Below, piece after piece: positions 1 through 8,504 of a stretch of 64,000 nucleotides of DNA. The notes below the pieces were generated by a model. The model was not told the origin of the DNA. It saw nothing but the letters and a program-made list of their open reading frames with translations, and did not search any database. Positions within the stretch are counted from its first letter, which is position 1, and every line of letters starts with the position of its first letter. The stretch spans positions 10,647-74,646 of the forward strand of contig WGMS01000022.1 of assembly GCA_016124935.1 (NCBI GenBank), in the 5' to 3' direction. Both the position numbers and the translations under genes were made by a program. This stretch comes from a bacterium (lineage in GTDB: Bacteria > Cyanobacteriota > Vampirovibrionia > Obscuribacterales > Obscuribacteraceae).

Positions 1-1
1 C

Positions 2-166
2 GGGGCAAGGCTCTCGCCCAGTCAAGAGGATCTGGCTACCACCACCAATCTCATCGAAGCCGGTGTGATTCTAGGAGTCTCCTTGCTCGACCATATCATC
101 GTCGGCGGTCCGGATAGAAGGGACTGGTACAGTATCAGGGAGCACTATCCGGAACTCTGGCTCTAA
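2..166 (+). CDS. radC: RadC-family (JAB domain) protein, C-terminal fragment; 5' end lies outside the window
   Basis: Frame 2 reads without a stop to ...SPSQEDLATTTNLIEAGVILGVSLLDHIIVGGPDRRDWYSIREHYPELWL*. The PS.ED..T..L...G..LG..LLDHIIVG pattern is the conserved RadC C-terminus. It is too short for the ORF track. Confidence 0.6.
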   Translation, partial: GARLSPSQEDLATTTNLIEAGVILGVSLLDHIIVGGPDRRDWYSIREHYPELWL

Positions 167-274
167 TGTTAATCACAGGTCAAAGTTTCTTTGGCTTAAT
201 TCGCTTATTGTCTCAAGCTTGCTAGAATCTCTGGATCATCCAAGGCTTCCCCGCCTGTAGCAAGAAGGTGCGAG

Positions 275-1510
275 ATGACTGAGTTCAAGCGAAGAAAGTC
301 CATAGTGGTAGATGTTGGTGGTGTCGCTATTGGTGGCGACAACCCGATAGTAGTCCAGTCCATGACTAACACCGCCACCGAAGACTATCTATCCACAGCC
401 GCCCAGGTAAAGGAGCTTCATCAGGCCGGATCGGAGCTGGTGCGCATCACCGTCAACACCCGCGAAGCGGCCCAGGCTGTGCCCAAGATAGTCAGAGAGC
501 TGGAGAAGGAATCTGTGAATGTCCCTCTGGTTGGCGATTTCCACTTTAACGGACATATTCTCTTGCGAGAGTTTCCGGACTGTGCCAGAGCGCTGGCTAA
601 ATACAGAATTAATCCCGGCAATGTCGGTCGGGGTGATCGCCATGACGAGAACTTCAAGGCTATGATCGATGTGGCCAGGGAAAACGACAAGCCTGTGAGG
701 ATAGGTGTCAACTGGGGTTCGCTCGATCAAGACCTTCTTGGCCGGCGCATGGACGAGAACGCCGCCTTGAAAGCGCCGCGGCAAGCCCATGAAGTATTAA
801 TCGATACCATAGTGGAGAGCGCTCTTACTTCGGCCAGGCTTGCAGAAGATTACGGGCTGCCTGCCGAGCGCATAATAATTTCGGCTAAGGTCTCAGAGGT
901 GCCGGATTTGCTCGAGGTCTATCGTAAACTGGCTGCCGACTGTGCATACGCGCTTCATCTGGGTCTGACCGAAGCCGGTATGGGCACCAAAGGAATAGTT
1001 TCTTCGGCGGCGGCTTTGTCCATACTGCTTGCCGAAGGTATCGGCGATACTATCAGAGCCAGCCTCACTCCGGCTCCGGGTGGGTCCCGGGTGGAGGAGG
1101 TGCTCACCTGTCAGCATATTCTCCAGGCACTGGGTTTGCGTTCATTTTTGCCCCGGGTGACCGCCTGTCCGGGCTGCGGCCGCACTACCAGTACGGTCTT
1201 TCAGGAGCTGGCCAGGGACATTGAAGAGCATCTGGAGAAGAGCAAAGCTGATTGGGCGCGGTCTTATCCAGGGGTAGAAAATCTCAAAGTGGCGGTCATG
1301 GGCTGTATCGTGAATGGACCGGGAGAGTCTAAGCATGCCGATATCGGCATCTCTTTGCCAGGAACTGGAGAAGAACCCCGGGCGCCGGTCTATGTGGACG
1401 GAGAATATGTTAAGACCCTGGAGGGCGCTTCTTTAACTGGCGATTTCATCGCCCTGGTCGAAGAATATGTCAAAGATAAGTTCGGCACAGGCGCCACCGC
1501 GGTAAAGTGA
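275..1510 (+). CDS. ispG: 4-hydroxy-3-methylbut-2-en-1-yl diphosphate synthase (GcpE/IspG)
   Basis: 411-aa ORF with IspG-type TIM-barrel N-terminal half (VRITVNT, INPGN). The C-terminal 4Fe-4S ligand motifs CPGCGRT and GCIVNGPGE are present. Confidence 0.93.
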   Translation: MTEFKRRKSIVVDVGGVAIGGDNPIVVQSMTNTATEDYLSTAAQVKELHQAGSELVRITVNTREAAQAVPKIVRELEKESVNVPLVGDFHFNGHILLREFPDCARALAKYRINPGNVGRGDRHDENFKAMIDVARENDKPVRIGVNWGSLDQDLLGRRMDENAALKAPRQAHEVLIDTIVESALTSARLAEDYGLPAERIIISAKVSEVPDLLEVYRKLAADCAYALHLGLTEAGMGTKGIVSSAAALSILLAEGIGDTIRASLTPAPGGSRVEEVLTCQHILQALGLRSFLPRVTACPGCGRTTSTVFQELARDIEEHLEKSKADWARSYPGVENLKVAVMGCIVNGPGESKHADIGISLPGTGEEPRAPVYVDGEYVKTLEGASLTGDFIALVEEYVKDKFGTGATAVK

Positions 1511-1615
1511 TGCTAGATTGCGGCAGGCGCTCGGGTAGACCGGGCTAGAGTCGCAAAGCCAAGTTAAATCAGCGCTGCTAGCCGCCCGAGCAAGCTCGCG
1601 CGGAAAGAAAGAACG

Positions 1616-1647
1616 GCGCGCGAGGGCCCCGGGCAACACTCGCGCGC
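1616..1647. terminator. GC-rich 9-bp stem hairpin between convergent ispG and the tRNA-binding protein gene; possible bidirectional terminator
   Basis: GCGCGCGAG (1616-1624) pairs with CTCGCGCGC (1639-1647). The + strand continues ...GCATCTTTTG. The - strand continues GTTCTTTCTTTCC. A third complementary copy, CTCGCGCG, lies at 1595-1602. Confidence 0.35.
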
Positions 1648-1808
1648 AGTGCATCTTTTGACCTGGAAGATGCGGATCATGCGCCTCACTCACTCTTATC
1701 TGTGAGGGGCATCCTGTGTAATGATAATACATGCGAATGTATGGTGCGGTCAAGTTAAATCTGTTGTTGGTTTTTTATCGCAAGTAGTTTTTCTATATTC
1801 GATATTCG

Positions 1809-2168
1809 TCAGCAGATTCTGGCTCCCAGGGGAAGTTCCTTATTTCCTACCTGGTCCGGAGTAAGGAGGATAATATTGCCGGTGGTGCCATCTTTGGAGG
1901 CGCCGAGAACCAGAACCTCGGACATGAAATCCGCTATTTGCCTGGCGGGAAAGTTGATCACCGCTACAACAAAGCGACCGACCAGATCTTCGGGTTTATA
2001 GTTCTCTGTTATCTGGGCACTGGATTTGCGCTCGCCTAGCTCTTCGCCAAAGTCGATATATAGCTTATAGGCAGGTTTGCGCGCTCTGGGAAATTCTTCC
2101 ACACGAAGTACTTTGCCGATTCGCATGTCGACTCTGGCGAAGTCTTTATATTCGATTTGAGGCTCCAT
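1809..2168 (-). CDS. tRNA-binding domain protein (CsaA/YgjH-like OB fold)
   Basis: 119 aa. The pattern DMRIGKVLRVEEFPRARKPAYKLYIDFG...SSAQIT..YKPEDLVGRFVVAVINF is typical of the EMAP/CsaA tRNA-binding domain. Confidence 0.8.
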   Translation of the reverse strand: MEPQIEYKDFARVDMRIGKVLRVEEFPRARKPAYKLYIDFGEELGERKSSAQITENYKPEDLVGRFVVAVINFPARQIADFMSEVLVLGASKDGTTGNIILLTPDQVGNKELPLGARIC

Positions 2169-2258
2169 CTATGTCTTCTCCTGCGACTTTTGGAAAAAGC
2201 GAAGCTCCGGTCTGATCAGATTCCGGAGCTTCAAACGGTTTCTAACCGGTTCTTTTAA

Positions 2259-3233
2259 TTAGCCGTGACCGTTCAGGCTTTTGATCTCTTCGGTGATCTT
2301 GGGAACGATCTCGAAAAGATCGCCGACGAGACCGTAAGTGGCATGTTTGAAGATAGGAGCATCGGCATCTTTATTGATGGCGACTATTACCTTCGAGGAA
2401 GACATTCCGGCCAGGTGCTGAATCGCTCCGGAGATGCCACAGGCGAAGTAAAGCTGCGGGCTCACGGTTTTACCGGTCTGTCCGACCTGGTGCTGATGAT
2501 CGATCCAGCCTGCGTCGACCACGGCTCTAGAGGCGCCCAGAGCTGCTCCCATGGAGTCGCAAAGTTCCTGCAGAACCTTCCAGTTCTCCGGACCTTTGAT
2601 GCCTCTGCCTCCGGAGACAATCACCGAAGCTTCACTGAGCTCGACCTTTTGACCTTCGGCTTTGTGGGTTTCGGTCACTTTGGCGCGGATATTGCCACCG
2701 TCGACGGTGAGCGCCTCCACTTCGGCTTTGTGACTATCGTCGGTAGCTTCGGCTTCGAAAACATTCGGTCTCAGGGTGATTATGGCAAGCGGGTTCTTGA
2801 TTTCGAAAACTCCATAGGTCTTACCAGAATACATCGGCTTAACAGGTGTCGAGGCTCCCCCTTCGGCGAACTCAGTCACGTCGGTTATCATCGGCGCACC
2901 CATTCTGGCTGCTGCCCGCGGTAAGAAGTCTTTCGCCATAGAAGTGTTGGCGGCAAAGACGAATCTGGGGTCGGCCTTTTTAATGGCTTCACACAGGGCG
3001 GTGGTGTAACCTTCGGCGGAGTATTCATCTAACGCGTCACAGGAGACGCTATAGATTTTTTCCGGTTTGTGCTTGCTTATGGCGTCTGTAAGCGAGGAAG
3101 GATCTTTGCCTATAACTACGCACGATACAGGTTCACCGCCGGCCAAATTTTTTGCCTGGGCGAGAGCCTCGAAGCTGGCTTTTCTCAAATTGCCCTTGCG
3201 CTCTTCGATAAAAACTAGAATTCCTTGGGACAT
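2259..3233 (-). CDS. etfA: electron transfer flavoprotein alpha subunit
   Basis: 324 aa with the C-terminal FAD-binding signature PQLYFACGISGAIQHLAGM. It lies immediately downstream of etfB. Confidence 0.92.
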   Translation of the reverse strand: MSQGILVFIEERKGNLRKASFEALAQAKNLAGGEPVSCVVIGKDPSSLTDAISKHKPEKIYSVSCDALDEYSAEGYTTALCEAIKKADPRFVFAANTSMAKDFLPRAAARMGAPMITDVTEFAEGGASTPVKPMYSGKTYGVFEIKNPLAIITLRPNVFEAEATDDSHKAEVEALTVDGGNIRAKVTETHKAEGQKVELSEASVIVSGGRGIKGPENWKVLQELCDSMGAALGASRAVVDAGWIDHQHQVGQTGKTVSPQLYFACGISGAIQHLAGMSSSKVIVAINKDADAPIFKHATYGLVGDLFEIVPKITEEIKSLNGHG

Positions 3234-3254
3234 TATTTCTCTCCTGATGCTTAA

Positions 3255-4043
3255 TTAGAGTACTTTCGCTTCCTGGCGCAAGAGCTCGACCAGCTTCTTG
3301 GCCTGGGTGGAGGCGTCTCCGTCGAGGACGGTGCCCTGGGGGCGCGAGGCGGGCATTCTCATCTCTTTGAGGACGATTTTGCGTGCGTCGCCCCCTACTT
3401 TGCCTTTCAATCCGAGCGCTTCTGCGTTCTTGGTCTCGATTGGTTTGCGTCGCGCTGCCATCACACCTTTGATTGAAGGGTAACGCGGTTCGTTCAGTCC
3501 TTTCTGGGCGCTGATTACGCAAGGAAGCGAACCCTCCACGAATTCGTGGGCTCCTTCTATCTCTCTTTCAGCTTTGAACTTGCCGTCGGCCACTTCGAGA
3601 TTGACCACCATGGTGACCTGGGGCATGTCTAGCAATTCTGCCACTATGGACGGTACCTGGTTGTTGTCTCCACCGACACCTTGCTGACCCATGATTACCA
3701 TGTCGAAGCCACCGTCTTTGATGGCGGCAGCCAGAACTTCGCCGGTGCTCAGCGGATCGAGCCATTGCAAATCAGGATCGTTGATGTGGACGGCAGTGTC
3801 TATGCCGCGTGCCAGGCTGTCTCTGAGGACATCGGTCACCTCTGCGCCGCCGACGGAGAATACCGTTGTCTCTCCTCCGTGCTGCTCTTTGAGCTTGAGA
3901 GCCGCTTCTATGGCGAACTCGTCGTAGGGGCTGGTGATGAAACGAACACCATCGAGGGCGATATTTGTTTTGTCATCGGCAACTCTTATATTGGTTTCTG
4001 TGTCCGGTACAGATTTTACGCATACAGCAATCTTCAAAGCCAT
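3255..4043 (-). CDS. etfB: electron transfer flavoprotein beta subunit
   Basis: 262 aa. The N-terminus MALKIAVCVKSVPDTETNIRV and overall ETF-beta pattern fit, and it forms an operon with etfA (21-nt gap). Confidence 0.92.
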   Translation of the reverse strand: MALKIAVCVKSVPDTETNIRVADDKTNIALDGVRFITSPYDEFAIEAALKLKEQHGGETTVFSVGGAEVTDVLRDSLARGIDTAVHINDPDLQWLDPLSTGEVLAAAIKDGGFDMVIMGQQGVGGDNNQVPSIVAELLDMPQVTMVVNLEVADGKFKAEREIEGAHEFVEGSLPCVISAQKGLNEPRYPSIKGVMAARRKPIETKNAEALGLKGKVGGDARKIVLKEMRMPASRPQGTVLDGDASTQAKKLVELLRQEAKVL

Positions 4044-4146
4044 TCCTCCCGGGCTGGACCTTATCTATGACCCCGCCATTCTATTTTGTCTTTGACGAAT
4101 ATCCCGGTTTTTACCAGATTCTTTAATTTAGAGGTTGCGAAGAGCA

Positions 4147-4186
4147 GGCAGTAAAGAGATAAAACCACTTTACTGCCTTCGTTTTT
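4147..4186 (+). terminator. orphan intrinsic-terminator-like hairpin on the + strand, with no upstream + strand CDS
   Basis: GGCAGTAAAG (4147-4156) pairs with CTTTACTGCC (4168-4177) around an 11-nt loop. TTCGTTTTTGCTTT follows. It sits in the 237-nt gap between two - strand genes. Confidence 0.3.
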
Positions 4187-4280
4187 GCTTTAGCTAATGA
4201 ATGAACTCCACCTTGAAAAGATTTGCGCTCCTATTTTTTTTAAGGGATGTCAATATCGAGAAATTGTTTGATGGTATCAA

Positions 4281-5006
4281 TTAGTGCTTTCCATTTCCTC
4301 CGGATTTTTTGCTCTCCGGATGAAGTAAAACCCCCTGGGGTTTAAGGTAGCACTTCTCTTTCTCGCACCAGGAGATCTTCTCTACCAGCTCATCTGGATC
4401 GTCAATGATCTGGAGCAGATCGAGATCGTCTTCCGAGATGAATCCCCGGGTGAGAACATGGGTTCTCAACCAGCCCAGCATCGGATTCCAGAATTCCGAA
4501 TCGACCAGGAACAGAGGGAAGCGTTTTATTTTATTGGTCTGGATCAGGGTGACCGCTTCGAAGAGCTCATCAAGGCTGCCGAAGCCTCCGGGTAAAATAA
4601 CGAAGGCCTGGGCGTACTTCACGAACATCAGCTTTCTAACGAAGAAATAACGGAAGTTGACCGAAACATTCTGATAAGGGTTGCCTCCCTGTTCCATGGG
4701 CAATTGAATATTGAGACCCACCGATGTGCCACCGGCTTCAATGGCACCACGGTTGCCTCCTTCCATCACCCCGGGACCGCCCCCGGTTATCACCGCAAAT
4801 CCGGCACTGGCCAGCTTGTTGGCGATGGTCTGGGCCATAATGTATTCTTTGTCTCCTTCTTTGCACCGGGCGGTGCCGAAGATCGACACTGCCGGTCCTA
4901 TTTGGGAGAGATCATCGAAGCCTTCTACTAATTCCGCAATCATTCTGAAGATGCGCCAGGTATCCTTGACTGTCATCTCTTCAAGCACAAATCTGCTATC
5001 GGGCAT
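4281..5006 (-). CDS. LOG-family / TIGR00730 Rossmann-fold nucleotide-binding protein (cytokinin riboside 5'-monophosphate phosphoribohydrolase-like)
   Basis: 241 aa with the GGGPGVMEG and PGGFGSLDELFE motifs diagnostic of the LOG/lysine-decarboxylase-like family. Confidence 0.85.
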   Translation of the reverse strand: MPDSRFVLEEMTVKDTWRIFRMIAELVEGFDDLSQIGPAVSIFGTARCKEGDKEYIMAQTIANKLASAGFAVITGGGPGVMEGGNRGAIEAGGTSVGLNIQLPMEQGGNPYQNVSVNFRYFFVRKLMFVKYAQAFVILPGGFGSLDELFEAVTLIQTNKIKRFPLFLVDSEFWNPMLGWLRTHVLTRGFISEDDLDLLQIIDDPDELVEKISWCEKEKCYLKPQGVLLHPESKKSGGNGKH

Positions 5007-5091
5007 ATTTACACCTCTTGGTCAATGCCTCGGGACCCGGAAATAGACTCGGGCCTCCGGTATTTCGTGTTTAATTAAATTCTATATATCT

Positions 5092-6144
5092 CTAGTCTAT
5101 CAGGAAGAGTTCAAGTGCGTTGCGATCATGCATCAGACCGGTTTTAACACTGGTTTCGAACCGAGTTAACATCTCTTTTTTGGCGACCAGACGCTCGAGG
5201 CTCCAGTTTTTGAGACGCTTCAGATCCTTTTCCACTAAGAAGGGCCTTATCTTCATTTGGGAGGAGACTCTTTTGACCTGCTCGGGCAGGGGCAGTTCCC
5301 GTTTTTTTATTCCTGGTCCGTAGGGGAGTTTGTGATTGCCGTCCTCGCAAATGGATTTCATCTCGATCCAGCGGGATAGAAAAGTCTGCAGGGTCGCGAT
5401 TATTTGAATCGCCGGTTGCCGGGAGAGAAGCTCTTCCACGCTATCGAGAACCCTATGCGATTGTCCTTTCAGCCAGAAGTCGAGCATGGTGAAGACATGG
5501 GAGTGATACGGGCTCATCTCCTCCACGACCGCCAGGGTGATGTGCTTCTCCGGCAAGATATAAGTGGCTGCCTTCTCGAGTTCGTTGGCGATCTGACGTA
5601 AATTCGCTTCGGTGCCGTCTAAAAGGTAGGTGATCGCATCGTCATCGATGGTCGCTTGGTAGCGATGAGCTTCTTTCCTTACCCAGGTCTCGAGCTGTGG
5701 ATTATGGGAGCCGAGATAAAATTTCGCTTTGGGAAACTCTTCTTTTTGAGCGTGTTTTGATACTATCTTCGATGTCTTCAGAGTGCTGTCGAAATTGAAA
5801 GGGCAGGAGAAAATCAAATAGGTGTTCTCTGCCACAGAACCAAGCACATCGTCGAGATATTCCAGCTGTTTGGTCGTTTTTGAGGCGCTGGGTTTGGCGC
5901 TTGCTTTTGCCGCTCCAGCGGATTTTTTCTTGGTAAATAAATCGCAGTTCTCGAAGACGATAACTTTGTTTCCCTGGCCGAAGGGCATTGTCAGGGCGTT
6001 GTCGCAGACATCGACCAGATTGGGGCGGTCTATGACCGAAAGATTGAAAGAGGCCCAGGCCGGGTCTATCAGAGAGTCCTTGAGCTTCTTCAAGCGACGC
6101 TTGAGTTCGAAATCCTCGTCTCCGGCTAGCACAATAACGGGCAT
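5092..6144 (-). CDS. holA: DNA polymerase III delta subunit
   Basis: 350 aa. It has a delta-like N-terminus (VIVLAGDEDFEL...FNLSVID) and a central ...GTEANLRQIANELEKAATY resembling the holA consensus ...L..L..ELEKL. Confidence 0.7.
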   Translation of the reverse strand: MPVIVLAGDEDFELKRRLKKLKDSLIDPAWASFNLSVIDRPNLVDVCDNALTMPFGQGNKVIVFENCDLFTKKKSAGAAKASAKPSASKTTKQLEYLDDVLGSVAENTYLIFSCPFNFDSTLKTSKIVSKHAQKEEFPKAKFYLGSHNPQLETWVRKEAHRYQATIDDDAITYLLDGTEANLRQIANELEKAATYILPEKHITLAVVEEMSPYHSHVFTMLDFWLKGQSHRVLDSVEELLSRQPAIQIIATLQTFLSRWIEMKSICEDGNHKLPYGPGIKKRELPLPEQVKRVSSQMKIRPFLVEKDLKRLKNWSLERLVAKKEMLTRFETSVKTGLMHDRNALELFLID

Positions 6145-6153
6145 GCTCTTTCC

Positions 6154-6849
6154 CTACCCTTTTGCCTGGCTGGAAATATCCATGGCGCTGGCTTTCAGGC
6201 GCTCGCCGGTGGCGATGAAATAAACCCGTTTGGCGATGGAGACACAGGCGTCTCCCATCCGTTCTAAGAAGCGATTGCAGAAGAGGAACTGGGCTCTGAG
6301 CTGGGCATTGCCCCGGTCCTGATCGCCGAGGTCTCCGAGCAATTCTTTGGAGAGCTTATCGTGGAGATAGTCGACACTGTTGTCTCTTCTCAGAATCTCT
6401 TTTGCTTTTTCCGAAGAGTCGGTGAGAAAGACGATGAGAATGTCTTTGGCCATCTGGTGAACCACAGAGGCCATCTCTATTAGCTCCTGAGGAATGGCGA
6501 TGTCTTCTTCTTTGGCCCAGTCGGCTACCTTGGCGACCCGGTTGGCGTGGTCCGCGATGCGCTCCAATTTAGCGATGATTATTGTGATACTGACCAGGGT
6601 TCTTATCTCTTTTGCGTTCAGTGATTCTTTTTCCAGGAGCATATCCAGGCACTTCTCTTCGATATTGTGGCAGGCGGCATTGATCTCCTCTTCCTGCTGT
6701 TCTATGAAAGCCATGGAAGCAGTGGCTTCTCTGCGCAGCATCTTGTTCATCTCGCCCAGAGTGGTGTCGACCTTCCTGCCCATGGCGATCACATCGCCTT
6801 TCAAAAGTGTGAGACTCTCTTTCAATTTACGATCTCCATTTTTGCTCAA
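6154..6849 (-). CDS. phoU: phosphate signalling complex protein PhoU
   Basis: 231 aa with two PhoU repeats ending in ERIADHANRVAK and ERMGDACVSIAK. It lies downstream of a two-component pair. Confidence 0.85.
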   Translation of the reverse strand: MSKNGDRKLKESLTLLKGDVIAMGRKVDTTLGEMNKMLRREATASMAFIEQQEEEINAACHNIEEKCLDMLLEKESLNAKEIRTLVSITIIIAKLERIADHANRVAKVADWAKEEDIAIPQELIEMASVVHQMAKDILIVFLTDSSEKAKEILRRDNSVDYLHDKLSKELLGDLGDQDRGNAQLRAQFLFCNRFLERMGDACVSIAKRVYFIATGERLKASAMDISSQAKG

Positions 6850-6882
6850 TCTGCGAAACCGGGATACCTGGAATAAATTCCT

Positions 6883-7599
6883 CTAATGACCTTGACCGAT
6901 TCTGGATGGGGTGTTCAATCGATAACCCGAGCGCTGCACCGTCTCCAGCAGCACTGGGTTTTTCGGATCTTTCTCCAATTTCTGTCTCAACCATCTCATG
7001 TGGACCGCCACTGTTTTTACATCGCCCGAATAGTCGGAGCCCCAGACTTTGTTCAGGAGAACATCGGTGGAGAGGGTCTTACCGGCGTTTTTCATCAACA
7101 CTTTGAGGAGCTTGAACTCTTTGGGAGAGAGCTCTATTTTGTTTCCTTCTAAAGTAACTCTTTTGGCGTCGTCATCGAGAATCAGATCGCCTACTCTGAG
7201 CAGGGCACTGGATATAGTGTCGCCTTTGCCCGACCGACGCAGCAGGGCCTGTACTCTGGCAGTGAATTCTATTTTGCTGAAGGGCTTGGCCAGGTAGTCG
7301 TCGGCTCCGGAAGAGAGACCGGTGGCCACATCGCTGGGAGAGGATCTGCCGGTGAGCATCAATATAGGCACGTCCACCGAGCGTTCTCTAATGAGCTTTA
7401 CCACCTCCGGACCGGTCAGGTCGGGCAGCATCCAGTCGATTACGATGAGGTCAGGAGCGGCTTCCTCGAGACCGCTGAGGGCGTCCATACTGCGCTTGAA
7501 TGGAACCACTTCAAAGCCCAGGCGTTTCAGGTTGTAGGTCAGTGTTTCTATGATGGTTTCATCGTCGTCGACGATCATCACCCTTTTGAGCTCTTGCAC
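6883..7599 (-). CDS. OmpR/PhoB-family response regulator (REC plus winged-helix)
   Basis: REC domain (MIVDDDETI...DLIVIDWMLPD...KPF) and trans_reg_C (LSPKEFKLL...VWG...VAVHMRWLRQKL...GYRL). The track ORF runs to 7686, overlapping the kinase gene. GTG at 7599 follows GGAGAGGAG; ATG at 7578 is an alternative start. Confidence 0.85.
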   Translation of the reverse strand: MQELKRVMIVDDDETIIETLTYNLKRLGFEVVPFKRSMDALSGLEEAAPDLIVIDWMLPDLTGPEVVKLIRERSVDVPILMLTGRSSPSDVATGLSSGADDYLAKPFSKIEFTARVQALLRRSGKGDTISSALLRVGDLILDDDAKRVTLEGNKIELSPKEFKLLKVLMKNAGKTLSTDVLLNKVWGSDYSGDVKTVAVHMRWLRQKLEKDPKNPVLLETVQRSGYRLNTPSRIGQGH

Positions 7600-7606
7600 G
7601 TTAACT

Positions 7607-8353
7607 TTATCTCCTCTCCGCCCCGGGAAACTCCACAATAAATCTCGATCCTGCCCCCAGCTCCGACTGCACGGTGATTTTAGCACCGTGCAGGTCGGCT
7701 ATATGTTTCACAATTGATAATCCAAGACCGGTGCTGCCTCTCTGTTTTGTCCTGTCTACTCTATAAAAGCGATTGAAAATCTTGGGCACCTCTTCTTTCT
7801 CGATGCCGATACCGTTGTCCGAAACTATCAACACGCCTGGATTCTGCCCCGATCTAATCTTGACCTCGCCACCTTCCTGGGTGTATTTGACCGCGTTTTC
7901 CACCAGGTTGAGAACCACCTGATTGAGCTGTTCTCGATTGGCGTATATACAGTAATCATCCTCTACTTCGGTGCGAAGGCGGATGTTTTTCTTCCTGGCG
8001 AGATCTTCGGTCGATTCAAGGGCGTAGATGGCGCTGTCGAGGAGCAAGACCTCGGAGCGCATCAGGTCTTCCTGTTGATTATGGGTTACATGTTCGATTG
8101 AGAGAACGTCCTTGACCAATCCTTCGAGGCGGTCTACCTCCTGGCTGGTGCGTTTTAACATACGAACCAGGGTCTCTTTGTCTTCCAGGGCTCCGTCGAG
8201 CAGCGTTTCGACGAGCAGTTTGATATTGGCAATCGGCAGTCTGAGCTCGTGGGAAACCTCCGCGATCCAGCTTCTGTCGAGAGAAGACTGGCTTATCTGA
8301 GGTGGTGGATTCATCCCTTTCTGGTCTGAACCCTGATTTGAGCTGGAACTCAT
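7607..8353 (-). CDS. histidine kinase, PhoR-like catalytic core without transmembrane or sensor domain
   Basis: 248 aa with H-box SHELRLPIANIK, N-box NLVENAVKYT, G1 SDNGIGI and G2 GSTGLGLSIVK. No hydrophobic segment is visible. Confidence 0.85.
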   Translation of the reverse strand: MSSSSNQGSDQKGMNPPPQISQSSLDRSWIAEVSHELRLPIANIKLLVETLLDGALEDKETLVRMLKRTSQEVDRLEGLVKDVLSIEHVTHNQQEDLMRSEVLLLDSAIYALESTEDLARKKNIRLRTEVEDDYCIYANREQLNQVVLNLVENAVKYTQEGGEVKIRSGQNPGVLIVSDNGIGIEKEEVPKIFNRFYRVDRTKQRGSTGLGLSIVKHIADLHGAKITVQSELGAGSRFIVEFPGAERR

Positions 8354-8504
8354 TGCAAGAGGTTTCCGACTGCGGTTTTTCGAATTCTAGTACATGGAAG
8401 AAGCGAATAAAACAGTTGTTCTTATTATTTCAACAATATTTGAGCCGACGGACCAGTCGCGATACAATCCACTAACTCTATCCATATTTATAAGGAGAGC
8501 TCTT

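Noticed and set aside
1433-1753. 106-aa ORF on the - strand in the ispG downstream region
   Set aside because: It overlaps the ispG 3' end and runs through the GC-rich hairpin region. The product is low complexity (Arg/Ala/Pro-rich) with no start-site support.
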